This document shows, one piece after another, positions 51,894 through 61,129 of a DNA stretch of 64,000 nucleotides. The notes beneath the pieces are model-generated. The model had not been told where the DNA came from. It was given only the letters and a program-made list of their open reading frames with translations, and searched no databases. The stretch is taken from assembly GCA_019651595.1 (NCBI GenBank), contig BOYQ01000005.1, positions 13,456 through 77,455 of the forward strand, given 5' to 3'. This DNA comes from Candidatus Poseidoniales archaeon. GTDB lineage: Archaea > Thermoplasmatota > Poseidoniia > Poseidoniales > Poseidoniaceae. The translations under genes were made by a program, and so were the position numbers. Every line of letters begins with the position of its first letter. The first letter of the stretch is position 1.

Positions 51894-54398
51894 TCATCGG
51901 AGCGGCCGAAGGTGCCGAGCATGGTAGCTTCGCAAGAAGAGCACCTCCCCCACCATTGGGTCCCCCATCGTCAAGACCTCCGAACCAAAAACGGGCCACT
52001 GGTGGACGGGGCGGACCAACCACCCCGCCATCGGATGCGTCGACAGCACGGGAACCGGAGCCCCAAGGTCGAGGGCGTTCACCATGGCGTACAGGTCCTC
52101 GAGGGCCGGCTTACCGGGACCATCGGGAAGGAGGTTCACGGGGAGAAGAGCAGTAGAACTGAGATCAAAGGCGGGATGTTCATCCGCAAGCCCCGGGTAT
52201 TGCACGCGTTCGCCCGGTGTACGAGCCACCAGAGCCGGCCAACTGAACGCAGAGGAAGCGAGCCACATCCGCCCAGTATGGCTGTTCAACTGACCGAGCA
52301 GCCAGGATTGTGCAAACATGGACCACCACGCCGAAGGGAGCAGTTCCATCAGCCGGCGCTGCGTTTCAGGAAGCCACGGCTCACGACGCTGTGCAATCTC
52401 GAGGCCGGTTGCCCAAGCACGCAGCACACTCCCCTTTGGTTGAAGCAAGGACCGCTCAACCCAACGCTGCAACAGCCCCTCGCCCTCGGTCGGGTCCGAG
52501 CGTCCAAACAACGATTCCAGCACCTCTCGCTCACTCATCGGCGCCTCAAACCACGCGTCGCTTGCTTCCTCAAACAACGCTCTGTGATGCTCCTTCGTCG
52601 GGTCCAGAGCGCACAATATGGAGGCAGCCAACGCAGGTCGATGCGCAGCATCACCCGTCAATTGCTGACGCCAGCGTAGAACAGCAGCGAGATCCTCAAC
52701 GGTTTGGGATTGAAGGTGGTGAAGCGCTCGACGACGCCAGGCGTTGCCGGCCACCGAAAGGGCGTAGGGGAGGTCCGCCAGAGGTACGTCATGCACGTCC
52801 ATCAGCTCCACCCAGCCGGCCGGAAGCACCCGATGAAGTCGAACCCAACGAGCGGGTCGGCTTGCCGGTGGCGAAGCAACCCATGCGAGCAGCGGGGCGA
52901 CCGGCTCCAGAGCGTTGGCTCGCTCTTCGTCACCGAGGGGATAGAGGCGAAGCGCTTCCCTCCACCGTCGGCCATCAACACCTGCTGGCGCCACCTCGGA
53001 ATACACCGCTTTACCCACCGAAGTGGCGTCCAGCAATTCCCTGGCCGTGGCAGGAATGAAAACATCGTGCTGTTGGGACGGTGGCGGTTCGGTCTCACCG
53101 AGGTGAAGCGTCAAATCAAACCGTATGGAACGACTCAGGTGAACGGCAACCGTGCCCAGGTCATGGCCGTCCACCAACAGGCTCGTCGAGGGTAAACCCT
53201 CGGGCGGTGCATCCCGCCGAAGGATGACTGAACGGCAATCAGGATGCCTGAGCCAGCGCGAAAGGCGGGAGGGCGACGGCGTTTCAAAGGCCCAGTCAAC
53301 AACAAACGGCAGGCGACCTTCCTCCATCGCGTGATGCAAGATTGACAAGACCCCTCGCTCGGTGATGCCGTGGAGGTTGACCGGCCCCGGCCGCCAGGGC
53401 TCCATGGTCCACGGTTGGTCTCCAAAATCCATCAGCAAGGACCGCATCAACGGCGAGGCGTCTGGGGTATCGCTTGCTTGGAGTTCATGGACCAAATCGT
53501 CGTACAGGCGCTGCCGGCGGTGGGTGGCCATTCGTGGATGCTTGAACGTCAACCAGTGGCTGAGCACAGAAAACGGGACACCGGCGTTGGAAGCGCCCTG
53601 ACGGTCGCTCAGGACGAGCGCACCCCGGGACAAGGCGTTGAGCAAGAGGTTGCGGTGACTTGCCGAGCGAAGATGCCCCAGCAAGCCTGGAGACGGGGCA
53701 AACCCGCCGGTCAGCCCCGGCACGCTGCCGATTTCAATCTCTCCGACTGAGAGCCCCGCAGGTGGAGGGGCGTCGTGCTGGGACAGGGCATCGAAAGGTT
53801 GGCCTTCCAACAGGGCACGGTGCCCTCGCTGTTCAACCACCACGCCCCGAACCAAACCAACGCGCTGTGGCGTGGATTCGAACGCTGCCAAGGTGCTGGC
53901 TTCTCGCGACGCAGGCGGGTCAACCGGCGTGCCTTCATCCAGTGAAAACCACTGAATTGAAGACGTGGGTGCCAAAACCCAAGCCCCCCCTAAGTTTCCA
54001 CTGGAGTTCCCGCCCTCAGTCTCGGGCGTTTCACCGATGTAGACAAAGGAAGATTCGGGCGGTTCGATGTAAGCAAGGAGCACGTTGTTCTCGTCCGCAT
54101 GAAGCACGTGCGACCGCGCCGAGGTCCGAAGTAAGGCAGCATGTTGTTGCATTTTTCCAACGGCATCCTCCACAAGCCGGTCCATGCCGCCTTGACTCAG
54201 GTAGATCGGAGCGTTGCGGAGCCCACCGCGCTCGTCCCTCGTGATCAGCCCCGCCTCCCTGAGTTGTCGACAGGCGAGCGAGGCGTGGGGCATTCGCATG
54301 GAAAACTGCTCCGCAATCTCAGACACCGTGGAAGGCCCGTGGCGCAACCAGGTCAAAATTTGGCGCTGGGCGGTTGAACGGATGGTGCGGTGCTTCAT
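51894..54398 (-). CDS. Large hypothetical protein with N-terminal winged HTH (ArsR/MarR-like)
   Basis: ILTWLRHGPSTVSEIAEQFSMRMPHASLACRQLREAGLI, then about 750 aa of Trp/Leu/Pro-rich sequence with no recognised domain. Confidence 0.75.
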   Translation of the reverse strand: MKHRTIRSTAQRQILTWLRHGPSTVSEIAEQFSMRMPHASLACRQLREAGLITRDERGGLRNAPIYLSQGGMDRLVEDAVGKMQQHAALLRTSARSHVLHADENNVLLAYIEPPESSFVYIGETPETEGGNSSGNLGGAWVLAPTSSIQWFSLDEGTPVDPPASREASTLAAFESTPQRVGLVRGVVVEQRGHRALLEGQPFDALSQHDAPPPAGLSVGEIEIGSVPGLTGGFAPSPGLLGHLRSASHRNLLLNALSRGALVLSDRQGASNAGVPFSVLSHWLTFKHPRMATHRRQRLYDDLVHELQASDTPDASPLMRSLLMDFGDQPWTMEPWRPGPVNLHGITERGVLSILHHAMEEGRLPFVVDWAFETPSPSRLSRWLRHPDCRSVILRRDAPPEGLPSTSLLVDGHDLGTVAVHLSRSIRFDLTLHLGETEPPPSQQHDVFIPATARELLDATSVGKAVYSEVAPAGVDGRRWREALRLYPLGDEERANALEPVAPLLAWVASPPASRPARWVRLHRVLPAGWVELMDVHDVPLADLPYALSVAGNAWRRRALHHLQSQTVEDLAAVLRWRQQLTGDAAHRPALAASILCALDPTKEHHRALFEEASDAWFEAPMSEREVLESLFGRSDPTEGEGLLQRWVERSLLQPKGSVLRAWATGLEIAQRREPWLPETQRRLMELLPSAWWSMFAQSWLLGQLNSHTGRMWLASSAFSWPALVARTPGERVQYPGLADEHPAFDLSSTALLPVNLLPDGPGKPALEDLYAMVNALDLGAPVPVLSTHPMAGWLVRPVHQWPVFGSEVLTMGDPMVGEVLFLRSYHARHLRPLR

Positions 54399-54444
54399 CA
54401 CAGGTCACCTTTCCCCGCCGGGGTTTGTTCCGACCACGCTTTGG

Positions 54445-54640
54445 CCAGATAAAAATTCTTTGTAGTTAATTTTAGTTATATATTTCCGGTGGAACTGTGA
54501 AAAATAACTTACATATTTGCACCGAAGTGTTGGAAATACACCGCAATTGAAGCACTTACGGTAACCAAATCGTCAAACCGAGGAGGAACCATTATATCAG
54601 CGGCCTCGCTCCTCAACCTCAGTGGCACATTTCCAATGAA
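54445..54640. other. AT-rich intergenic region with ORB-like motif (candidate oriC or strong divergent promoter)
   Basis: gtagttaattttagttatatattt abuts TTTCCGGTGGAAC (reverse complement GTTCCACCGGAAA), which resembles the archaeal ORB core GTTCCAGTGGAAA. Confidence 0.45.
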
Positions 54641-54671
54641 GCCGCACCAAAAATGACAGGAGGGACCAACC

Positions 54672-54995
54672 ATGAAAACAACACGCATCCGTGAAAAAAT
54701 CAAGAAATTCTTAGGCGATCGACCACGAAACACTGCAGAAATCCTGGAGTACATCAACAGCACCATGCGTCATGGCACCACCAGCCAACAACTGGGCAAC
54801 GTGTTGTCCAAAGACAAGGACATCGTCAAGGTCGGCTACATCAAGCGCTCCGGCATCCTGTCGGGCGGGTACGACATTTGCGAGTGGGCCACCCGGACCT
54901 GGGTGTCTGAAAACTGCCCCGAGTGGATCGAGGGCACTCCCATCATCGTTGACAGTGAAGGCAACTTCATGACCAACGCTGACGAGAAGCTCTGA
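54672..54995 (+). CDS. Small basic winged-helix nucleic-acid-binding protein (DUF3860-like)
   Basis: RNTAEILEYINSTMRHGTTSQQLGNVLSKD; SD GGAGG; family assignment is from recall only. Confidence 0.7.
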   Translation: MKTTRIREKIKKFLGDRPRNTAEILEYINSTMRHGTTSQQLGNVLSKDKDIVKVGYIKRSGILSGGYDICEWATRTWVSENCPEWIEGTPIIVDSEGNFMTNADEKL

Positions 54996-55040
54996 AGCGC
55001 TCCCCCGGTCGCTTCGAACATGTGCCTCGCTGAGGCAACC

Positions 55041-55235
55041 TCACGATTTTTCATCCTCCGCCGTGAGTTCCTTTGATTGGTATGCTCCTTCTTCACATGG
55101 ATTAAATTCGGAGAAGGCAGAGAGCAGCGACAAGAAGAAAAACACGCCACCCAAGATGACCACAATGGACAACGTGAGGAGAAACACGAAGATTATCCGA
55201 GGGGTATCGACATCCACACCGTCTTCATTGTTCAT
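55041..55235 (-). CDS. Small single-TM protein
   Basis: 64 aa with one long hydrophobic helix; TATA-like TTTATGTA upstream. Confidence 0.45.
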   Translation of the reverse strand: MNNEDGVDVDTPRIIFVFLLTLSIVVILGGVFFFLSLLSAFSEFNPCEEGAYQSKELTAEDEKS

Positions 55236-55365
55236 GGGCGTTTTATCTTGAACCGCTACATAAATTCAATCCGCCATCCCAACCTCCGGAGGGGATTTGC
55301 TCCAAGCAGGGATTCAAATCGGTCCGTTTTCTTCTGCTGGACGGAATCATTCAGCGATGGCGAGA

Positions 55366-55394
55366 AAAACCGCGCCCTGCCTGCGGGGGCAGGG
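55366..55394 (-). terminator. Hairpin plus T-tract after the aldolase gene
   Basis: Minus strand: CCCTGCC-CCCGCA-GGCAGGG followed by CGCGGTTTTTCT, directly after the stop codon. Confidence 0.45.
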
Positions 55395-55397
55395 AGA

Positions 55398-56324
55398 TTA
55401 ATTTCCTTGGTAGATGGCCATGGCCTCGTCGACCGAAGCGCCCTCGCAAATGATGGCGTGGCATGCAGCCGTCATGCGAACGGCTTCTTCGGTTGTCTTT
55501 TGGTGAATGTTTCGGCCGGTGGCCGCACCTCGGCATCCTGAAACGGCCATCTGGTCGTAAAGTCGCTGAAGGAATTCCCGCGGAGGAAGGGTCCCTCCGC
55601 CCGAGCAGATGATGCCGGTTCGACCGGCGGCCTCAACGGCGATCCGGAGCGACTCGGGTTGGGTCATGCCGTCCCATGCACGGGGATAATTCACCTTGGC
55701 AAAGTCTGCACCGATGCAGCTGGCCACGCCGGCGGCGCCCGAGATGAGTTGCGGGTCCTTCTCGTCGGCCACGGCTTGGCCTCGGGGGTACATCCACACA
55801 ACGGAAATCATACCTAGTTCGTGAGCCTGGCGAATGAAATGAGCCGCTTCGGTCAGCATTTCGTGTTCGTATTCGCTGCCGATGTACACGGTGTAGCCGA
55901 TGCCCACCACGTTGATGCCGTTGTGGACCAGTGACATCACGTCGTCCATGTCCCACAAGGCTTGACTGATGGGGTCTCGCTGGGCGGTTTTGACGAGGTG
56001 AGATTTCGAGTTCAGTTTCACAAGGTAGGGGATATCGGGGTGGTCGCGAGCGTACTGAGCGATGAGCCCGCACTGACCGGCAAGGACGCCAATCGTACCG
56101 TCGGCATGGGCGCGAGCGCCGATTTCAAACAAGTGGCCGGGGTTGTTGGAGGACAACGGGATGGTCTCGCCGCCATCGTAGAAATCGTCGTTCAGGTGTT
56201 CGATTTTCTGATCGCAGGCAAAGAGGTTCATGTTGCCCGTGCCAGCGGTGGCGGCTCGCATGTTGTCGAGGTAGGTGTCGATCAACTCGTCGGGGACGTC
56301 GGCTGGAACGTGGATGTCGTCCAT
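55398..56324 (-). CDS. Class I fructose-bisphosphate aldolase (DhnA-type)
   Basis: ACDQKIEH, LVKLNSK, GYTVYIGSE, WMYPRG, ADFAKVNYP (Schiff-base Lys), SGG and ATGRNIHQ motifs. Confidence 0.88.
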   Translation of the reverse strand: MDDIHVPADVPDELIDTYLDNMRAATAGTGNMNLFACDQKIEHLNDDFYDGGETIPLSSNNPGHLFEIGARAHADGTIGVLAGQCGLIAQYARDHPDIPYLVKLNSKSHLVKTAQRDPISQALWDMDDVMSLVHNGINVVGIGYTVYIGSEYEHEMLTEAAHFIRQAHELGMISVVWMYPRGQAVADEKDPQLISGAAGVASCIGADFAKVNYPRAWDGMTQPESLRIAVEAAGRTGIICSGGGTLPPREFLQRLYDQMAVSGCRGAATGRNIHQKTTEEAVRMTAACHAIICEGASVDEAMAIYQGN

Positions 56325-56341
56325 GAGTACCACGCCGAAGT

Positions 56342-57208
56342 TCACTCACCGGTGAAGTTGGCCACGCGCTTTTCCACGTAAGCGGCGATGCCTTCCTTGG
56401 CGTCGTTGCTGTTGAAGAGAGCGGCCTGCAGTTCCCGCTCGAGAGCCAGATGGTACTCAAAGGGAATCTCTGGGCCGGTTTGGCACGAGCGCTTGATGTT
56501 GCCCACGGCCTTGACCGCCTTGTTGGGCAGGGTGAATTGGCTGCACCAGTCGAGGATGTCTCGACGGAAATCATCGGGATCGCCCTCCCAAATGTGGTTG
56601 ATGAGGTTGCAAGCGTGTGCGTCCTCGAAGGACATCAGTTCGCCGGTGACCATCATTTCGAGGGCTTTGGCCTTCCCGATGAGACGGGTCAGACGAGCGG
56701 TGCCACCGGTTCCGGCCAGCACGCCGAGGTTGATCTCGGGAAGACCAACTTTGCCGGAATTCTTGCGGGCGATGCGGATGTCGGCCGCCATGGCGATTTC
56801 GAGTCCACCGCCGACGGCGTGGCCGTTGATGGCACAGACGACGAGCTTGGCGGTTTGCTCGAGCCGAGACAAGGTTTCGTTGGCGTGAAGGCAAAAGTTG
56901 TACTTGAAACCGGGGCTGACGCTGTTGAGCATCTGGATGGAGGCGCCCGCCGAGAAAAACGAGGCACCGTTGCCGGTCAAGACGATGCAGGTGACGCTGT
57001 CGTCGAAGCGAGCGCGGACGATGGCCTCGTCAATGTCTCGCATCATGCCGTGCGTGTAGGTGTTGGGCGAGCGGTCGTTGGGGCCTTCAAGAGGTGCGCC
57101 AGCCGAATCGGACGTGAGTTCAATCACGGCGATTCCGTTCTCGGTCACGCCGTAGTTGACGAGTCGGTTTGGCATGGGTTCAAGTTTCAATCCGTAGAGG
57201 TCGCTCAT
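56342..57208 (-). CDS. Enoyl-CoA hydratase/isomerase (crotonase) family protein
   Basis: FFSAGA, NGHAVGGGLEIAMAADIR and GLPEINLGVLAGTGGT motifs. Confidence 0.93.
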   Translation of the reverse strand: MSDLYGLKLEPMPNRLVNYGVTENGIAVIELTSDSAGAPLEGPNDRSPNTYTHGMMRDIDEAIVRARFDDSVTCIVLTGNGASFFSAGASIQMLNSVSPGFKYNFCLHANETLSRLEQTAKLVVCAINGHAVGGGLEIAMAADIRIARKNSGKVGLPEINLGVLAGTGGTARLTRLIGKAKALEMMVTGELMSFEDAHACNLINHIWEGDPDDFRRDILDWCSQFTLPNKAVKAVGNIKRSCQTGPEIPFEYHLALERELQAALFNSNDAKEGIAAYVEKRVANFTGE

Positions 57209-57231
57209 GCCCTGAGCCAACGGGATTGGCA

Positions 57232-58508
57232 TTATGAAGAAATCGCTGAGATTTCTTGCGCCTCGCCGTCGGCGTTGCTGGTGAACGAGACGTGACCGCC
57301 ACCTCGGCGCACCGCTTCCCACCGGGCCTTCACCTGTAGCGCTTCCTCACTCTGCTCCCACGTGTCCCGGGGCTTGGCTTTCCTGAAGGGCAGGCGAAGC
57401 GGTCGAGTGGGACCCGACATGCGCTTGAGCATGAACGGGGACGTGACCTGAACACGATCCGCTTGAACAAACTCGGTCGGAACAACTTCCCGATCCACCG
57501 AAGCCCGTCGCCGCTGCGTTCCTGGTCGCGCATCCACTGCAGGCACATGCGCTTGAAGGTGCGGTCGCCCACCCGGTTCATGAGCCACCGGTTGGCCACG
57601 CTGGTCTGAACGTAAGGAAGCAGTTGGCGGCGAACCTCCTTCTCGTAGGGTCGACCACCCAACATTTCCTCCGCAGCCAGAACGCCGGACCACACCGCCA
57701 TGCGCATGCCGAAGCCCCACATGAAGTCCTGAAGACCACCCGACTCTCCGACAAAGTGCTGACCCGTCTGAGGAACGGTGTAGAAGCCGTTGAGGGTAAA
57801 GTCACCTTTTCCGCCCACCCGCTTCACGGGCTGCATGTCCATTTCGGGGTAAAGGCGCTGGTAGCAGGCGATGGTCTCGTTCAGGAACCGCTCGCTTTTC
57901 TTTTGTTTGCGCCACAGGCACGTGCAAATCAAGCCCACGCCGTCGATGACGATGAGGTAAGAGTAAGCGCCGGGTGCGAGTTTGTCGTTGAGTTGAAAGG
58001 CGATGTGGTTGGGGTGAGAGGTGTGGAAAATTTCACCCAGAGCGATGGCGGAGGTGTCTTTTGGACCGCAGGCGACGATATCGGCCTCTTTTTCGTCGAT
58101 CCTCGACTTGTAGTGAAGGCTTGCTCCGGCCTCGAGGGCCATGCGCTTGAAGGCCTGGTCGATGGTGTGGTCCGAGGTGCCTCGTTCCACGATGCGATAG
58201 GCAACACCGTCGGTTTTGGCTTGGGTGACGACGTCGTCGGGATGAATCAGGTCCACGACCGAAAACGACGTTGATTTGAACGCCGAGGAATCAAAGCCCC
58301 AGCGTTCGAGTTGGTCGAAGAAATCGTCGTCCATGCTCCAGTTTTCCAACGCTTGAAAATCACCGTCAAAACGGGCGCCGGAGTCATGCCGGATGTCGTG
58401 AACGTGCACTTCACGCCCGGCCCGAGCCAGCAAGGTTGCGGCCGCCAATCCAGAGAGGCCAGCACCCATGATGGTGATGGGTTTGGACGGCGAGGTTGCA
58501 TCGGCCAT
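57232..58508 (-). CDS. FAD-dependent oxidoreductase, geranylgeranyl-reductase-like (frameshift near 57430)
   Basis: GAGLSGL, APGAYSY and VGESGGLQD..WGFGM motifs; the C-terminus continues in ORF 57232-57720. Confidence 0.8.
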
Positions 58509-58560
58509 GCCTTGCCATGGAGGCGTGAGGTTTGAATGATGCCCTCCCCTCGTGAGGGGT

Positions 58561-58988
58561 ATGTCGTTGCGCGTGGTCGTGGAAGAGGCACCCGATGTGC
58601 TTCAACCGGACGCCCTCCGTTCAAAGTTGAACACCGAGGGTTGTGGTGCCGTCGTCTCGTTTGTTGGCTTAACTCGAGAAACGGAAGGCGAGGCGGATGT
58701 GTTGAGATTGGAATTCGATGCCTGGCAAAACAAACTCACGCCCGTGCTGCGAGCGCCTGGCCAACGAAGCCATCGAAGGCTTTGGCATCGCTTTCGGTGG
58801 CCATGGCTCACCGGACCGGGGCGGTCGGTCCGCAGGAACCCATCGTGGCCATTCACGTTGGCAGCCCGCATCGAAAAGAGGCCTTCCAAGCCTGCGAGTG
58901 GCTGATCGACGAACTCAAGAAGCAAGCACCCATATGGAAGAAAGAGGTCACAACCCACGGGGAGACCTGGAAAGAGGGGTTGGGATGA
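58561..58988 (+). CDS. moaE: Molybdopterin synthase catalytic subunit MoaE (frameshifted)
   Basis: GAVVSFVGLTR in one frame; HRTG, SPHRKEAF and LKKQAPIWKKE in another. Confidence 0.9.
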
Positions 58989-59437
58989 GCGAGAAGTCCA
59001 TCGAAGGGATCGTGAACATCGGTCAGAAACCGGTCGTCGAGCGTCGAGCCACGGCCCGTGGGCGCGTCGTGCTCAGGGAAGCCACGAAAGCCGCCATCAC
59101 TACAGGCGCTATCAAGAAAGGCGACGTGCTTGAAGCCTCCACCGTCGCTGCCGTGCAAGCGGTCAAAGAGACCCCACGTATCGTTCCGCACTGCCACCCC
59201 ATCCCGCTCGAGGGGACCACCGTTGATTGGGCGTGGGAAGGGGCAAGCCTGTGGTGCACGGTGACGGTCAGTGCTCACTACAAAACCGGCATTGAGATGG
59301 AAGCGTTGACCGGTGTCGCCGCAGGGCTGTTGTGCGCTTTTGACATGGTCAAATCGCTTGAAAAAGACGACCAAGGTCAGTACCCTGTGGCCCGAATCAC
59401 CGACCTTGAAGTGGTCGAGAAATTCAAGCAAAATTGA
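58985..59437 (+). CDS. moaC: Cyclic pyranopterin monophosphate synthase MoaC
   Basis: KKGDVL, PHCHPI, TGIEMEALTG and DMVKS motifs. Confidence 0.95.
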   Translation: MSEKSIEGIVNIGQKPVVERRATARGRVVLREATKAAITTGAIKKGDVLEASTVAAVQAVKETPRIVPHCHPIPLEGTTVDWAWEGASLWCTVTVSAHYKTGIEMEALTGVAAGLLCAFDMVKSLEKDDQGQYPVARITDLEVVEKFKQN

Positions 59438-59476
59438 ACCGCTGACTTGATGGCGTTCCCGCGAGTCCATTCCACC

Positions 59477-60430
59477 ATGGGCATCATCGGAGACCTTGCA
59501 CATCACTTCGTTGAAGCGGTTGACCAAGCGGCCATCGCCTCCGCAGCCTGGCGTGGTAAGGGCGACAAAAACGCCGCCGATGACGCAGCGGTTGAGGCGA
59601 TGCGGCGGACCTTCGACGCTGTCCCCTTTGACGGGCGCGTCGCCATAGGAGAGGGTGAACGGGACGATGCCCCCATGCTCTACATCGGCGAGGAGCTCGG
59701 TTCCATGGTGGGTCAAACCGGTGCCCCCCAAATCGACATCGCCGTCGACCCGCTGGAGTGCACGAACAACTGCGCCGACAACCTTCCCAACTCCATTGCG
59801 GTGCTGGCCGCTGCGCCGCGTGGCACCTTGCTTCACGCCCCCGACTGCTACATGGACAAGCTGGCGGCTGGACCCCTGTTGGCCGACCACGTCGCCCTCG
59901 ATGGCGGCGTGGCGTACAACATCGAACAAGCGATGCACGTGCTCGACTGTCAGGCCGCTGATGTTCGCATCGTGGCCTTGGACCGAGACCGCCATGCAGA
60001 CTTGTTCAAGGAGATTCGAGCGACGGGCGCACAACTGCACTTGCTGAGCGACGGGGACGTCTCAGGCGCTCTCTGGGCCGCCAAAGATGACGGTCCGTAC
60101 GACATGCTCATGGGCATCGGGGCGGCCCCGGAGGGTGTCATCTCCGCCACGGCCATTCGAGGCGTCGGCGGGACCTTTGAGGGACGTCTGGTGTTTCGTT
60201 CACCGGAAGAAGAGGCCCGGGCAGGAACGATGGTCGGGGACGACCTGACACGCCTCTGGAAGGCGACCGACCTCTGCCAGAGCGACGATGCAGTCTTCGC
60301 GGCGTCGGGCGTTTGTGACGGCTACTTGCCGGGCGTCAAGGTCGACGCCACGTCCACCACGACGTACAGCGAACTCATCGATGTCGCCACCCGTCAGGTC
60401 GTGCGTCGTGAGCAGCAGCGGCCCCTTTGA
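59477..60430 (+). CDS. glpX: Fructose-1,6-bisphosphatase class II
   Basis: GDKNAADDAAV, IGEGERDDAPMLYIGE, DIAVDPLE, DGDV and GIGAAPEGV motifs. Confidence 0.95.
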   Translation: MGIIGDLAHHFVEAVDQAAIASAAWRGKGDKNAADDAAVEAMRRTFDAVPFDGRVAIGEGERDDAPMLYIGEELGSMVGQTGAPQIDIAVDPLECTNNCADNLPNSIAVLAAAPRGTLLHAPDCYMDKLAAGPLLADHVALDGGVAYNIEQAMHVLDCQAADVRIVALDRDRHADLFKEIRATGAQLHLLSDGDVSGALWAAKDDGPYDMLMGIGAAPEGVISATAIRGVGGTFEGRLVFRSPEEEARAGTMVGDDLTRLWKATDLCQSDDAVFAASGVCDGYLPGVKVDATSTTTYSELIDVATRQVVRREQQRPL

Positions 60431-60447
60431 ATCAACGAGGCGAAACC

Positions 60448-61071
60448 ATGGCCCAGCAACTCCGAATCGATGTTCGGCTTCCTCAAGGCCACTGGGCGGG
60501 CGACGTGACAAGGCAGCACCCTTCGGCAACCCTCCGCATCGAACAGCACATGCCGCTGAGCAAGGGGCGGGGGACGGCCCGGTGCTGGAGCAACGAAATC
60601 ATCCATGAAACCGTCCGGCATCACGAGGGTATCGATGCGTGTACCGACCCCGAAGACGGCCGGTTTTCGGTCAACATTTCAGCGGGAGGCGGTGGGTTCC
60701 TGCGCCCGCTCGTCGACCTCGGTGTGGTTCCACGGACGCCCTTCGAAGTCAGGGACGGCTGGGTGGAATGGACGGTTGAAGGCAACCGAGACACCATGCG
60801 GGCGCTCATCAACCGATTTCGCAGCGATGAGATCCCGCACCGACTCCTCTCCACTCGAAGCACGGGCGCACGGCTACTGACGCCCCGGCAGCGAGAAGTG
60901 TTTGAGGTGGCCTCGAGGGAGGGCTACTGGGACGTGCCTCGTCGCATCAACCTGACCGAACTCGCCGGTTTACTCAACGTGGCAAAATCGACCCTCTCCA
61001 ACCAGCTCCAACGCATCGAGTCGGCGGTGTTCCACGCCTTCACCGAAGAGATTCGTCGGCAAAGCGACTAA
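60448..61071 (+). CDS. Transcriptional regulator with C-terminal HTH_10 (bacterio-opsin activator type)
   Basis: LTPRQREV...GYWDVPRRINLTELAGLLNVAKSTLS motif. Confidence 0.9.
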   Translation: MAQQLRIDVRLPQGHWAGDVTRQHPSATLRIEQHMPLSKGRGTARCWSNEIIHETVRHHEGIDACTDPEDGRFSVNISAGGGGFLRPLVDLGVVPRTPFEVRDGWVEWTVEGNRDTMRALINRFRSDEIPHRLLSTRSTGARLLTPRQREVFEVASREGYWDVPRRINLTELAGLLNVAKSTLSNQLQRIESAVFHAFTEEIRRQSD

Positions 61072-61106
61072 CATGTTCGTGCGAACATGTTCGTAAAGGG
61101 TATAAG
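61070..61106 (+). promoter_or_regulatory. Palindromic operator directly upstream of a BRE/TATA-like element of the boxB-like gene
   Basis: Perfect inverted repeat ACATGTTCG-TG-CGAACATGT (61071-61090); AACATGTTCGT occurs twice; followed by AAAGGGTATAAG about 25 bp before ATG 61130. Confidence 0.65.
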
Positions 61107-61129
61107 GAGGTCCCCGACCACCGTGAAGC

